Source: an uncultured Bacteroidales bacterium (GTDB lineage: Bacteria; Bacteroidota; Bacteroidia; Bacteroidales; UBA1402). Taken from it: 64,000 nucleotides of DNA. Every line of letters begins with the position of its first letter. Positions within the stretch are counted from its first letter, which is position 1. The notes under the pieces are model-generated. The model did not search any database and was not told the origin of the DNA. It saw only the letters and a program-made list of their open reading frames with translations. The position numbers were made by a program, and so were the translations under genes. Positions 46,090 through 55,530 of the stretch are shown here, piece by piece. The stretch is taken from contig CAZCWK010000005.1 in the NCBI GenBank assembly GCA_964502355.1, positions 19,332 through 83,331 of the forward strand, written 5' to 3'.

Positions 46090-46653
46090 ATGGAAGAAGA
46101 TATTAAAGCTGCAATCAACGTTCTCAGGGATGGTGGAATAATTTTATATCCTACCGATACTATTTGGGGTATTGGCTGTGATGCGACTAATGAGGATGCT
46201 GTAAAAAGAGTTTATGAGTTGAAAAAAAGAATTGACAGTAAAGCTATGTTGGTGCTTGTAGACAGTGCTGTTAAAGTTGATTTTTATGTCAGCGATATTC
46301 CGGAAACTGCATGGGATTTAATAGAATTATCCGATAAACCTTTGACAATTATTTATTCAAATGCAAGAAATCTGGCTTCAAACCTGTTGAGTGAAGATGG
46401 GAGTATAGGTATCAGAGTAACAAAAGAACATTTTTCCAAAAGACTATGTGAAAGGTTTAGAAAGGCCATAGTCTCAACATCTGCGAATATAAGCGGATCC
46501 CCGTCGCCGGCTTTTTTTGATGAAATATCCGATGAAATCAGAGATGGAGTGGATTATATTGTTAATTATGGAAGAGATGATAAGACCAGAAAAAGTCCTT
46601 CTTCAATTATAAAACTTGACACCAATGGTCTGGTGAAGATAGTGAGACCGTAA
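46090..46653 (+). CDS. tsaC: L-threonylcarbamoyladenylate synthase (YrdC/TsaC/Sua5 family)
   Basis: GGIILYPTDTIWGIGCDA and VSTSANISG. The start was taken at ATG 46090; the ORF-track start at 46069 is a TTG. Confidence 0.8.
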   Translation: MEEDIKAAINVLRDGGIILYPTDTIWGIGCDATNEDAVKRVYELKKRIDSKAMLVLVDSAVKVDFYVSDIPETAWDLIELSDKPLTIIYSNARNLASNLLSEDGSIGIRVTKEHFSKRLCERFRKAIVSTSANISGSPSPAFFDEISDEIRDGVDYIVNYGRDDKTRKSPSSIIKLDTNGLVKIVRP

Positions 46654-46729
46654 TTTGCCTGATATCTGTTTTGATTTATAACAAATAAACATTTATTTCG
46701 TTATAAATTATGAGGACAGAATATTGATT

Positions 46730-46737
46730 TACCTTTG
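46730..46737 (+). promoter_or_regulatory. Bacteroidota -7 promoter box (TAnnTTTG)
   Basis: TACCTTTG lies 21 nt upstream of the ATG at 46758. Confidence 0.45.
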
Positions 46738-46757
46738 TTAAAACTATTAATTTCCGT

Positions 46758-48170
46758 ATGCAGGATAAGAAAAGAATACTTTCATACTTTTGTTTGGACT
46801 ATTTGTCAGCATTATTATCCTGGCAACTTTTCAGTATTCTGCGATTTTACGTTTTTAAAAATACTACCGGTTTTTTTGATTTAAACGATTTTCTTTTTAA
46901 CGAGAAGGCAATTTTACTGGGAATTTTGGTTCCTGTATTCTGGACTGCTGAATATTTTTTCTCAGGTTATTATTCAATGCCAAGGAGAAAGACAGTTTTG
47001 GGAGATTTACAACATTCGGCAGTAAACACGTTGATAGGGGTATTATTATTATTTTTCCTTATTATTATCAATGACTATCCTGAATCACCTGAGCTTTATT
47101 ATGAGATTGTTTTAGGATTCTATATAATCCATTTTTTTGTAACGTTGGTTTTTCGTTTATCGATGACTGCGCCATTAATCAGGAAACAATCCAGGGGCGA
47201 GCTTAATGTACCGATTATTGTACTTGGTACTGGAGAAAATGCCATCAGAGTATTAGGTGAATTTAATTTAAACAGGACGAATCTGTCATATAAGCTTATT
47301 GGATTTGTGAGGACAGGTAAAGAAAAAGACCTGTTGCCAAATGAAGAAATAATCGGAGATTTAAATGATCTGCACAATCTGATAAAAATAAATAAAGTAG
47401 AAGAATTAATCATCGCAATTGATAGTCTAAATCCGGACCATAAACAATCATTGTTGAACAAGCTTTATATTCATAAATTGCCGATTAAATCAGTCGCTTC
47501 TAAAAATGATATGATTTCTGGTAACGTTTCACTTTTTTCGTTATTTGGTATTCCAATGGTCAGAATGACTCCTTTGTTAATGCCGGTCTGGCAAAAAAAT
47601 CTTAAGACGATTTTTGATGTTTTTTGTTCTTTTATTATGATGATTTTGCTTATACCTGTTTATATTTATCTTGGTATAAGGGTAAAGTCGGATTCTCCCG
47701 GTAAAATCATATATTCACAGGAACGCGTTGGCAAGAATGGTAAGAAATTCAGGATGTACAAGTTCAGAACTATGTATATAGGCTCTGAACCTGACGGGCC
47801 TTTGCTTTCTTCGTCTGAAGACGCAAGGGTAACACCTTACGGGAAAATCATGAGAAAATACAGATTGGATGAACTTCCTCAGTTTTTCAATGTTTTCAAA
47901 GGTGATATGTCTTTGGTTGGTCCAAGACCTGAAAGAGAATTTTTTGTAGAAAAAATTGTTAAGGTTGCACCACATTATTATCTGACTCAAAGTGTATTAC
48001 CCGGTATCACATCATGGGGAATGGTTAAATACGGATACGCAAATTCAGTTGAAAAGATGATAAAAAGACTTGAATATGATGTGCTTTATCTTGAAAATCA
48101 AAGCATTTTAATAGATTTTAAAATTCTTGTCTTTACATTGAAACCTCTTTTAAAGGGTAAAGGAGTTTGA
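46758..48170 (+). CDS. polyprenyl-phosphate glycosyl-1-phosphate transferase (WbaP/bacterial sugar transferase family)
   Basis: N-terminal TM helices. The C-terminal domain is SQERVGKNGKKFRMYKFRTMY...DELPQFFNVFKGDMSLVGPRPE. Confidence 0.8.
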   Translation: MQDKKRILSYFCLDYLSALLSWQLFSILRFYVFKNTTGFFDLNDFLFNEKAILLGILVPVFWTAEYFFSGYYSMPRRKTVLGDLQHSAVNTLIGVLLLFFLIIINDYPESPELYYEIVLGFYIIHFFVTLVFRLSMTAPLIRKQSRGELNVPIIVLGTGENAIRVLGEFNLNRTNLSYKLIGFVRTGKEKDLLPNEEIIGDLNDLHNLIKINKVEELIIAIDSLNPDHKQSLLNKLYIHKLPIKSVASKNDMISGNVSLFSLFGIPMVRMTPLLMPVWQKNLKTIFDVFCSFIMMILLIPVYIYLGIRVKSDSPGKIIYSQERVGKNGKKFRMYKFRTMYIGSEPDGPLLSSSEDARVTPYGKIMRKYRLDELPQFFNVFKGDMSLVGPRPEREFFVEKIVKVAPHYYLTQSVLPGITSWGMVKYGYANSVEKMIKRLEYDVLYLENQSILIDFKILVFTLKPLLKGKGV

Positions 48171-48234
48171 TTATTTTTCTTGTATCAATTATTAAGAATT
48201 GAGATATTGTTCTTCTCAATATAGATTTACATTT

Positions 48235-50013
48235 ATGAGTTTTGACGATCGTTACATAAAATTGATTCTTTGGCGTGAAAAGCATATTAAAGAGTCCAAT
48301 TTCATCCTTATTCTGAGTTTTGTTGTCGGCTTGCTTACTGCAGCTGCAGCATTGATACTGAAGTGGATGATTCATGCGATACAATTATTGCTTACATCGA
48401 CATTTTCGGTAGATAAAGCCAATTATCTTTATTTATTGTATCCGGCTATCGGTATTTTCCTGGCTTCCATGTTTGTGAGATATGTTGTAAAAGATGATAT
48501 AGGTCATGGGGTCACTCATATACTTTATGCCATATCAAGAAGACAGGGGAGGCTTAAAAAACACAATATGTGGTCTTCTATTGTTGCCAGTTCAGTAACA
48601 ATTGGTATGGGAGGTTCTGTTGGAGCTGAAGCTCCGATTGTTCTTACGGGATCTGCTATAGGCTCCAATCTTGGAAGCTTTTTTAAGATGGACCATAAGA
48701 CTTTGATGTTGCTTATGGGTTGCGGTGCTGCTGGTGCTATCTCCGGTATTTTTAAAGCACCTATTGCCGGGATGTTGTTTACTATTGAGGTTCTGATGCT
48801 TGACTTCACGGCAGCTTCGGTTTTGCCATTATTGATAAGTTCAATTACAGCTGCGACGGTTTCATATTTGTTTACAGGAACCGGATCTATTATAAAATTT
48901 TCAATGGATGAGGTTTTTCTTCTGAACCGTATTCCATGGGTAATAATACTTGGTATAACTTGTGGTATGGTTTCACTTTATATTATCAGAGGGATGAATA
49001 AAGTGGAGGGGCTATATAAGAAAGTAAAGAATCCATATGTTAAGATTTTAGTGGGAGCCATGGTTTTAGGCTCACTAATTGTGTTATTCCCTGCACTTTA
49101 TGGAGAGGGATATGATACAATTACCAGTATTGCAACGGGAGATTTTGATGCTTTGACAAAAGGAGGGCTTTTTTATTCTCACAGGAGCAGCACATGGTTG
49201 CTTTTAGGTTATGTGAGTTTAATGATTATGTTTAAGGTTATTGCGTCAGCATCTACAAATGGAGCCGGTGGTGTGGGAGGGGTGTTTGCACCCAGTTTAT
49301 TTATCGGGTCTTTGGTAGGTTTCGTTGTGGGAACTGTAATTAATAAAACTGGTATTGCTGAGGTTTCAGTTGCGAATTTTTCTCTTATGGGTATGGCAGG
49401 TGTAATGTCTGCAGTAATGCATGCTCCTTTAACCGGGGTATTCCTTATCGCCGAAATCACAGGTGGCTATGGACTGTTTCTTCCATTGATGATTGCATCG
49501 GCAATATCTTTCCTTACGATTTATCTCTTTGAAAAACATAGTATTTATTCCATGAGACTTGCACAGAAGGGAGAGTTGGTTACACATCATAAAGATAAGG
49601 CTGTTCTGACCCTGATGAAAGTTGAGAATGTTATTGAAACCGATTTTGAAGTGGTTTCTCCTAATTTTTATTTGGGAAATCTGGTTAAAACAATCTCTTC
49701 AGCTAAGCGTAATATTTTTCCGGTTGTAGATGAGAATAATATATTGTTAGGTATAGTAAGACTTGACGATATCAGAAATATTATGTTTAGAACAGACTTG
49801 TATTACAGGTTTAAGGTCGGTAAACTTATGGTTTCACCTCCTGCCAAGATCTGCATTTCTGATTCTATGGATAAAGTTATGAAGACTTTTGATGATACGA
49901 ATGCATGGAATCTTCCTGTAGTTGACGAAACAGGTCGTTATCTGGGATTTGTTTCGAAATCAAAGATTTTTAATTCGTACAGGAAGGTTCTTGTACACTT
50001 TTCTGATGAATAG
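48235..50013 (+). CDS. ClC-family chloride channel/antiporter with C-terminal CBS pair
   Basis: GGSVGAEAP and GIFKAPIAG (ClC selectivity motifs), plus two CBS-like repeats at the C-terminus. Start at ATG 48235. Confidence 0.8.
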   Translation: MSFDDRYIKLILWREKHIKESNFILILSFVVGLLTAAAALILKWMIHAIQLLLTSTFSVDKANYLYLLYPAIGIFLASMFVRYVVKDDIGHGVTHILYAISRRQGRLKKHNMWSSIVASSVTIGMGGSVGAEAPIVLTGSAIGSNLGSFFKMDHKTLMLLMGCGAAGAISGIFKAPIAGMLFTIEVLMLDFTAASVLPLLISSITAATVSYLFTGTGSIIKFSMDEVFLLNRIPWVIILGITCGMVSLYIIRGMNKVEGLYKKVKNPYVKILVGAMVLGSLIVLFPALYGEGYDTITSIATGDFDALTKGGLFYSHRSSTWLLLGYVSLMIMFKVIASASTNGAGGVGGVFAPSLFIGSLVGFVVGTVINKTGIAEVSVANFSLMGMAGVMSAVMHAPLTGVFLIAEITGGYGLFLPLMIASAISFLTIYLFEKHSIYSMRLAQKGELVTHHKDKAVLTLMKVENVIETDFEVVSPNFYLGNLVKTISSAKRNIFPVVDENNILLGIVRLDDIRNIMFRTDLYYRFKVGKLMVSPPAKICISDSMDKVMKTFDDTNAWNLPVVDETGRYLGFVSKSKIFNSYRKVLVHFSDE

Positions 50014-50026
50014 TGATCTCTAAAGA

Positions 50027-50067
50027 AAAGAGGCTATTTTAAAATTTCTCTTAAAACAGCCTCTTTT
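50027..50067. terminator. hairpin between convergent ClC and 50099-50869 genes
   Basis: Stem AAAGAGGCT / AGCCTCTTT with a 22-nt loop, an A-run before and a T-run after. Confidence 0.5.
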
Positions 50068-50098
50068 GCGAACAAATGCTTAATTATCATGAAAACCA

Positions 50099-50869
50099 TT
50101 ATTCTGTCTGATGTACATTGATTTCTCCAATTCCTCCGTTGATATCAATGTATAAAGTGTTGTCTGTCTTGCCGTATAAATCGTTTGTATACGTCCTCCC
50201 ATTTTTGTTATAAAAAGGGATATTAATTTCTCCCAGAAGCCCCGATACTGTTATTCTGACTCCAACTTTATAGGGAACATATAAATTTAGTTCTCCAACT
50301 CCGCCTTTAATATTGGCAACTAAATCGTTTTTCCATTTTCCGGAAAGATTTATTTTTGCTTCTCCGGCAGACATGCTGAAATATAAAGATGGAACAGAAG
50401 TGTTTCTAAGATTAATGTTTGACTCTCCTGCGAGCATGCGATATTCAAACCTGCTTAAATTGAAACCTTCAAGATCTATATCGGATTTACCTGCTTTGAG
50501 TTCGATAGCAACCGAATTCTGAACATTATCATTTAAATATAGATTCCAGATATTCTTTTCTCCAATGTCATCAATATCTTTGTTTCTGATGGATTCGGAT
50601 TCTATCTTCAAATATCCGGTTTTACCAACTTCATGGTAGTTTATCATAGGACGAATAAACTCGTTTTTGTAACCATAGAAACATTCGGTTAATTCTTTGG
50701 TTGAGCCCTTTATATTCAGTTCTCCTGCCAGAAATGAAATATCTGTTTTTACAGAATTGGCCTTACCTACTCCAATTGCTTTTTTGAAAACAGTTTTATC
50801 ATTATCTGCAAAGAGATTTGTAGAAAAAAGTAATCCTGCAACTAATAGCCAGATCGCATTTCGTTTCAT
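50099..50869 (-). CDS. secreted repeat protein, toast-rack/DUF4097-like (putative adhesin fold)
   Basis: Signal peptide. Recurring G(E/K)(L/I/A)N(I/L) strand repeats (LAGELNIKG, AGKSDIDL, AGESNINL, AGEAKINL, GVGELNLYV, LLGEINIP, GIGEINV). The family guess is from memory. Confidence 0.45.
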   Translation of the reverse strand: MKRNAIWLLVAGLLFSTNLFADNDKTVFKKAIGVGKANSVKTDISFLAGELNIKGSTKELTECFYGYKNEFIRPMINYHEVGKTGYLKIESESIRNKDIDDIGEKNIWNLYLNDNVQNSVAIELKAGKSDIDLEGFNLSRFEYRMLAGESNINLRNTSVPSLYFSMSAGEAKINLSGKWKNDLVANIKGGVGELNLYVPYKVGVRITVSGLLGEINIPFYNKNGRTYTNDLYGKTDNTLYIDINGGIGEINVHQTE

Positions 50870-50973
50870 AATTAGTTTTTTTGAGTGATTTCGGTTTCAG
50901 ATTAATTAAAGACAATCAAATATATGACGTACAAGGAAAAATTATGTTACATCTGCAGAATTTTTTTTTGCAG

Positions 50974-50981
50974 TATCTTTG
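50974..50981 (+). promoter_or_regulatory. Bacteroidota -7 promoter box (TAnnTTTG)
   Basis: TATCTTTG lies 84 nt upstream of the fmt ATG. Confidence 0.3.
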
Positions 50982-51064
50982 TACTCATTATCATTTACCA
51001 TTTTTGTATTGGTAAAACAGGTGAACATAGTTGAAATCATAAATCAGAAAGCTTCAAAATAGTT

Positions 51065-52033
51065 ATGGATAAGAAGTCGTTGAGAATTATTTATATGGGG
51101 ACTCCTGAATTTGCGGTTGAGCCTCTCAGAGCCCTGGTTGATGGGGGATATAACGTAGTTGCTGTGATTACTATGCCTGATAAGCCTGCAGGAAGGGGTA
51201 TGAAAATCCAGTCATCTCCTGTGAAGGTTTTTGCGGTTTCATGCAATATACCTGTTTTACAACCTGAAAAATTGAAAGATGATGGATTTATTGAAGAGTT
51301 ACGATCATATAAGGCGGATTTACAAATAGTTGTGGCTTTCAGAATGTTACCGGAAGTGGTTTGGTCAATGCCTCCGAAAGGGACTTTTAATCTCCATGCA
51401 TCTTTGCTTCCACAGTACAGAGGTGCTGCTCCTATACATTGGGCTGTTATTAACGGAGATAAAGAAACCGGTGTTACAACATTCTTTTTAAAACATGAAA
51501 TAGATACGGGAGATATTATTTATCAGGAAAAACTTCAAATCGGACCTGATGAAAATACCGGATCTGTACATGACAGGATGATGTTGCTTGGCTCAGAGCT
51601 TGTGGTTAAAACTGTTGATGCCGTAATTGAAGACAGGGTTTCGCCATTACCTCAGGATAAATTATTCCCCGGATTAATATTGAAACCGGCACCAAAGCTC
51701 ACGAAAGATAATACCAGGATAGACTGGTCTTCTGATGGAGCAAGCATTGTCAATTTTGTCAGAGGATTAACTCCTTATCCGACATCATGGACAGAATTGG
51801 CTTACCCTGATGGCTCTGCATCTACCATGAAAATACTAAAAGCCAGTTTCAGGCAAGAAAAGCATGGACTTAAATCAGGCCTGGTTTTACTGGATGGAAA
51901 AAATTATTTTTTCATTGTTGTAAAAGATGGCTTTATTAAAGTTGAACGCTTGCAACTGGCAGGAGGTAAGGCTCTTAACTCAGAGGATTTTTTAAGGGGA
52001 CACAGCTTTCCTGAAGGAACAAAAGCTGTCTGA
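51065..52033 (+). CDS. fmt: methionyl-tRNA formyltransferase
   Basis: IIYMGTPEFAV, PDKPAGRG and NLHASLLPQYRGAAPI. Confidence 0.9.
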   Translation: MDKKSLRIIYMGTPEFAVEPLRALVDGGYNVVAVITMPDKPAGRGMKIQSSPVKVFAVSCNIPVLQPEKLKDDGFIEELRSYKADLQIVVAFRMLPEVVWSMPPKGTFNLHASLLPQYRGAAPIHWAVINGDKETGVTTFFLKHEIDTGDIIYQEKLQIGPDENTGSVHDRMMLLGSELVVKTVDAVIEDRVSPLPQDKLFPGLILKPAPKLTKDNTRIDWSSDGASIVNFVRGLTPYPTSWTELAYPDGSASTMKILKASFRQEKHGLKSGLVLLDGKNYFFIVVKDGFIKVERLQLAGGKALNSEDFLRGHSFPEGTKAV

Positions 52034-52157
52034 ACGTTAAAATCTCACTATTATTTTGTTTTTTTTGAAAATTGTTATTTTATTTGCAGGAAATAACCTT
52101 TTAAAACCATTTGCCTATAGATCAACATCTACTCTTTGAATTCCAAAAATAAGAGAA

Positions 52158-52751
52158 ATGGATATGATCAAGTCTTTGACTGACGAACAGTTGATAAGTC
52201 AGTTTGCAAATGGTAACAATCAAGCTTTTGATGTATTGTTAAGCCGTCACAAGAATCGTATTTTTACGTATATTTTATATATTGTACGTAATCGTGATCT
52301 TGCTGAAGATATTTTTCAGGAATCTTTCATGAAAGTCATAATGACTATCAAGCAAGGCAGATATACCGAAAATGGCAAGTTTTATGCATTTGTAACCAGA
52401 GTTGCCCATAATTTGATTATAGATTATTACAGACGGGAAAGAAATGAAAATACTATAAGTAATGAGGAATTTAGTGAGGTTGATCTTTTCAATAACTCAA
52501 AGCTCTGTGATGAAAATATTGAAGATTTGCTGGTGAAGAATCAGGTTTATGATGATGTAACGAAACTTGTCAGACATTTACCTGAGAATCAGCAGGAAGT
52601 AGTAAAAATGCGCTTTTATGACGATTTGAGTTTCAAAGAAATTGCTGATCTTACAGGAGTCAGCATAAATACTGCTCTCGGAAGAATGCGTTATGCCGTT
52701 TTAAATATGAGAAGAATGGCAGAAGAAAATAATATCTCACTTGCTATCTGA
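52158..52751 (+). CDS. sigma-70 family (ECF-type) RNA polymerase sigma factor
   Basis: Region 2 is DLAEDIFQESFMKV...AHNLIIDYYRR. Region 4 is QQEVVKMRFYDDLSFKEIADLTGVSINTALGRMRYA. Confidence 0.85.
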   Translation: MDMIKSLTDEQLISQFANGNNQAFDVLLSRHKNRIFTYILYIVRNRDLAEDIFQESFMKVIMTIKQGRYTENGKFYAFVTRVAHNLIIDYYRRERNENTISNEEFSEVDLFNNSKLCDENIEDLLVKNQVYDDVTKLVRHLPENQQEVVKMRFYDDLSFKEIADLTGVSINTALGRMRYAVLNMRRMAEENNISLAI

Positions 52752-52780
52752 TACTTTATTTTGAGTTTGTGCAGATAAAG

Positions 52781-52893
52781 AGTTGGAATCTCTACGCCCA
52801 AAGCGGATAGGACTCTTCGATGCAGTATAGGGATAAGGCTTTTTCACTAATCCAGCTGCAAAACAGCCGGGATTGCCCGCACCGGAATTTAAG
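52781..52893 (-). repeat. GC-rich intergenic repeat, full-length copy 2 (inverted relative to copy 1)
   Basis: The reverse complement aligns along its whole length with 1041-1152. The hairpin GCTG-caaaa-CAGC (52855-52867) occupies the position of CCGC-ttctct-GCGG in copy 1. Confidence 0.55.
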
Positions 52894-52967
52894 AATATAA
52901 AATATAGGGAGGATTATATACGATTTTTAATGTTTAATCGTTTTATAATAAACCCAATATTTTGCCT

Positions 52968-53123
52968 ATGAATCAAACTTCTACACTCAAAAAAAAGCCG
53001 TCAGGAAAGATGAAAAGATTTTATGCGAAACCATCAGAATCCACAATTGATTTTCTGATGAAATTTGCCAGGGAATACGTTTCGGATGATGTATCCGCAA
53101 AAAAGAATCTTTTGTTCAATTGA
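52968..53123 (+). CDS. small hypothetical protein (51 aa) downstream of the sigma factor
   Basis: Sequence MNQTSTLKKKPSGKMKRFYAKPSESTIDFLMKFAREYVSDDVSAKKNLLFN. It is below the ORF-track size cutoff and is followed by a clean terminator hairpin. Confidence 0.4.
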   Translation: MNQTSTLKKKPSGKMKRFYAKPSESTIDFLMKFAREYVSDDVSAKKNLLFN

Positions 53124-53146
53124 TTTTTAATCTATTTTATAAACAG

Positions 53147-53176
53147 GGCTGTCAAAAATGACAGCCTTATGTTTTA
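53147..53176 (+). terminator. terminator hairpin after the 51-aa ORF
   Basis: Perfect 8-bp stem GGCTGTCA-aaaa-TGACAGCC followed by TTATGTTTTA. Confidence 0.5.
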
Positions 53177-53215
53177 TGTAATCCCTTTTTTTATTTCCTT
53201 TGTAAAAAAAATGTT

Positions 53216-53866
53216 ATGCGTCTCGTAGCACCTTCACTTTTATCTGCTAATTTTAAAAATCTTCAGAATGACATTTCATTAATTAATGATAGTCAGGCTG
53301 ATTGGTTGCATCTTGATGTTATGGATGGAGTCTTTGTCCCGAACATCTCTTTTGGCTTTCCTGTCCTTGAACATGTCGCATCTATATGTAAAAAGCCACT
53401 TGATGTACATTTAATGATTGTAGAGCCTCAGAAATTTGTAAAGGAAGTAAAAGCTCTTAATGCCGCATATATGAATGTGCATTATGAAGCATGCGCTCAT
53501 TTGCATCGTACAGTACACGAGATAATTGAAAATGGTATGAAACCGGGAGTAACACTCAATCCTCATACTTCTGTAAAACTGCTTCAGGATATTCTTCCTG
53601 ATTTGGATCTTGTTTTACTTATGTCTGTCAATCCCGGATTTGGAGGTCAGGTTTTTATTGAAAACACTTACAGAAAAATCCATGATCTGAAAGAGATGAT
53701 ACTTAAATATAACAGTAAAGCCTTGATACAGATTGATGGTGGGGTTACTGATAAAAATTCTGAGCAACTATATGAAGCAGGTGCTGATGTGCTTGTTTCA
53801 GGAAGTTATATTTTTGGAGCATCCGATCCTGCTGAAGCTGTCAGAAAATTAAAAAAATATAAATAA
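53216..53866 (+). CDS. rpe: ribulose-phosphate 3-epimerase
   Basis: APSLLSANF, HLDVMDG.FVPN, MSVNPGFGGQ.F and IDGG. Confidence 0.9.
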   Translation: MRLVAPSLLSANFKNLQNDISLINDSQADWLHLDVMDGVFVPNISFGFPVLEHVASICKKPLDVHLMIVEPQKFVKEVKALNAAYMNVHYEACAHLHRTVHEIIENGMKPGVTLNPHTSVKLLQDILPDLDLVLLMSVNPGFGGQVFIENTYRKIHDLKEMILKYNSKALIQIDGGVTDKNSEQLYEAGADVLVSGSYIFGASDPAEAVRKLKKYK

Positions 53867-53882
53867 ATATTAAATAAATGTA

Positions 53883-53890
53883 TATATTTG
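53883..53890 (+). promoter_or_regulatory. Bacteroidota -7 promoter box (TAnnTTTG)
   Basis: TATATTTG lies 20 nt upstream of the comEC ATG. Confidence 0.45.
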
Positions 53891-53909
53891 TGATTGATAA
53901 TTCAATCAC

Positions 53910-55505
53910 ATGTGGCTGCGTCTGTTTAATAAAATTCCATCTTTAAGACTTATTATTCCATATATTTCCGGAATAATCCTGATAGGAGAGGATAGAAAGC
54001 TGATTTTTTTTGCAGCTCTTTTATCTGTATGGTGTTTTATATCATATCGTTTTTTTTCTGAAAAGCTGGATACAACATGGCATCTGAGATGGTTGAACGG
54101 GATGTTTTTTGCCAGTTTATGGTTTGCGACAGGTTGTGTTTCGGGATTACATGCTATGTCGAAATCCGCTTTTCCTGAATACCATGCAGGAAATGTTATC
54201 GCCGAAGTATGTATAAAAAAAGAGCCCGTAAAAAAGAAAAAGTCTTTTCAGATATATGCTGAAACTATAAGAGTTATACCGGAAAACCTCAAAGGGAAAT
54301 TGTTTATTTTTTATTTTCAGCAATCTGAAAAGATTGAATCACTTCGTATTGGGGACAAGTTAATTGTCAGATTTAATCCGGAAAAACCAAAAAATAATTC
54401 TGCCGGTCTTTCATTTGATTACAAAAAATGGTTGAGACAAAAAGGTGTTTGCGCTACTGCTTATGTTCGTACTTCTGACTGGTTTTATTTAAAAGGACCA
54501 GAAAAGACAGATTTAATTGCCCTGGCCAATAATATATCAGGTAAGATTGTAAATATTTTCAAAGAAAGTGGTCTGGCTGGTAACAACCTTGGTCTTGCTT
54601 CAGCAATGTCTATCGGATACAGGAGTGATATTGATAAAAAGGTAGAATCTTATTTCAGGACTGCAGGTATAACACATGTGCTTTCTGTCAGTGGTCTGCA
54701 CGTGGGTGTAATATATTCATTAATTTGTTTCTGCCTTTTTTTTCTGAAATATGGTAAGACTCAAAAGGTTTTAAGGAATATAATCATCATCATATGTCTC
54801 TGGGTGTATGCATTTATAGCAGGTTTATGCCCTTCAGTTTGTCGTTCAGCACTTATGCTTTCAATGGTTTCAATCGGAGATTGTCTGGGAAGAAAGTCAC
54901 AGACATTAAATACTGTGATTTTTTCAGCATTCATATTATTACTGGTCAATCCTTTGAATATTTATGATATTGGGTTTCAACTAAGCTATGTAGCTGTTAC
55001 AGGTATAGTTGTATTATACCCTGAATTAAGAATGCTGTTTGAACCTAAATCAAACACTTTAAAATATATAAGAGACCTTATGCTGATTTCAATTGTGGCT
55101 CAGTTAGCAACATTTCCGCTTTCCGTGCATTATTTCGGGCAATTCCCCAATTATTTTTTATTGGCCAATCTTTATGCGGTTCCATTATCCGGATTATTGA
55201 TATTTGTTTCAGCAGGATGTATTGCTACCCATGAAGTGCCTTTTTTAAGTAATTTTTTTTCTTCATTACTTGATATTTTATCAACTTGTTTTCTTAAAAT
55301 CTCTGCTTTTATCGGAAACCTTCCATATTCTGTTTGTGATAACATATCCATTAATTTTTTTCAGGTTGTGCTAATATATCTGCTTATTTATTTTTTGTAT
55401 GGTTTTTTCTTCCTGAAAAAGAGAGTTTATTCATGGAGTATGCTTGCTACAATAATTTTTTTACAAATTTCTGTTCTTTTTAATCAATTGACAAATGCGT
55501 CTTAA
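53910..55505 (+). CDS. comEC: ComEC/Rec2 family competence membrane protein
   Basis: Polytopic membrane protein with the ComEC core motif GITHVLSVSGLHVG. Confidence 0.75.
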   Translation: MWLRLFNKIPSLRLIIPYISGIILIGEDRKLIFFAALLSVWCFISYRFFSEKLDTTWHLRWLNGMFFASLWFATGCVSGLHAMSKSAFPEYHAGNVIAEVCIKKEPVKKKKSFQIYAETIRVIPENLKGKLFIFYFQQSEKIESLRIGDKLIVRFNPEKPKNNSAGLSFDYKKWLRQKGVCATAYVRTSDWFYLKGPEKTDLIALANNISGKIVNIFKESGLAGNNLGLASAMSIGYRSDIDKKVESYFRTAGITHVLSVSGLHVGVIYSLICFCLFFLKYGKTQKVLRNIIIIICLWVYAFIAGLCPSVCRSALMLSMVSIGDCLGRKSQTLNTVIFSAFILLLVNPLNIYDIGFQLSYVAVTGIVVLYPELRMLFEPKSNTLKYIRDLMLISIVAQLATFPLSVHYFGQFPNYFLLANLYAVPLSGLLIFVSAGCIATHEVPFLSNFFSSLLDILSTCFLKISAFIGNLPYSVCDNISINFFQVVLIYLLIYFLYGFFFLKKRVYSWSMLATIIFLQISVLFNQLTNAS

Positions 55506-55509
55506 TCTG

Positions 55510-55517
55510 TATATTTG
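55510..55517 (+). promoter_or_regulatory. Bacteroidota -7 promoter box (TAnnTTTG)
   Basis: TATATTTG lies 14 nt upstream of the ATG at 55531. Confidence 0.4.
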
Positions 55518-55530
55518 CGAAAAAAAATAA

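Noticed and set aside
48171-48234. Fluoride riboswitch upstream of the ClC gene
   Set aside because: The spacer is only about 65 nt, is AT-rich, and lacks the conserved GC-rich crcB-motif core. The ClC protein carries CBS domains, typical of ordinary ClC rather than the riboswitch-linked ClC-F clade.
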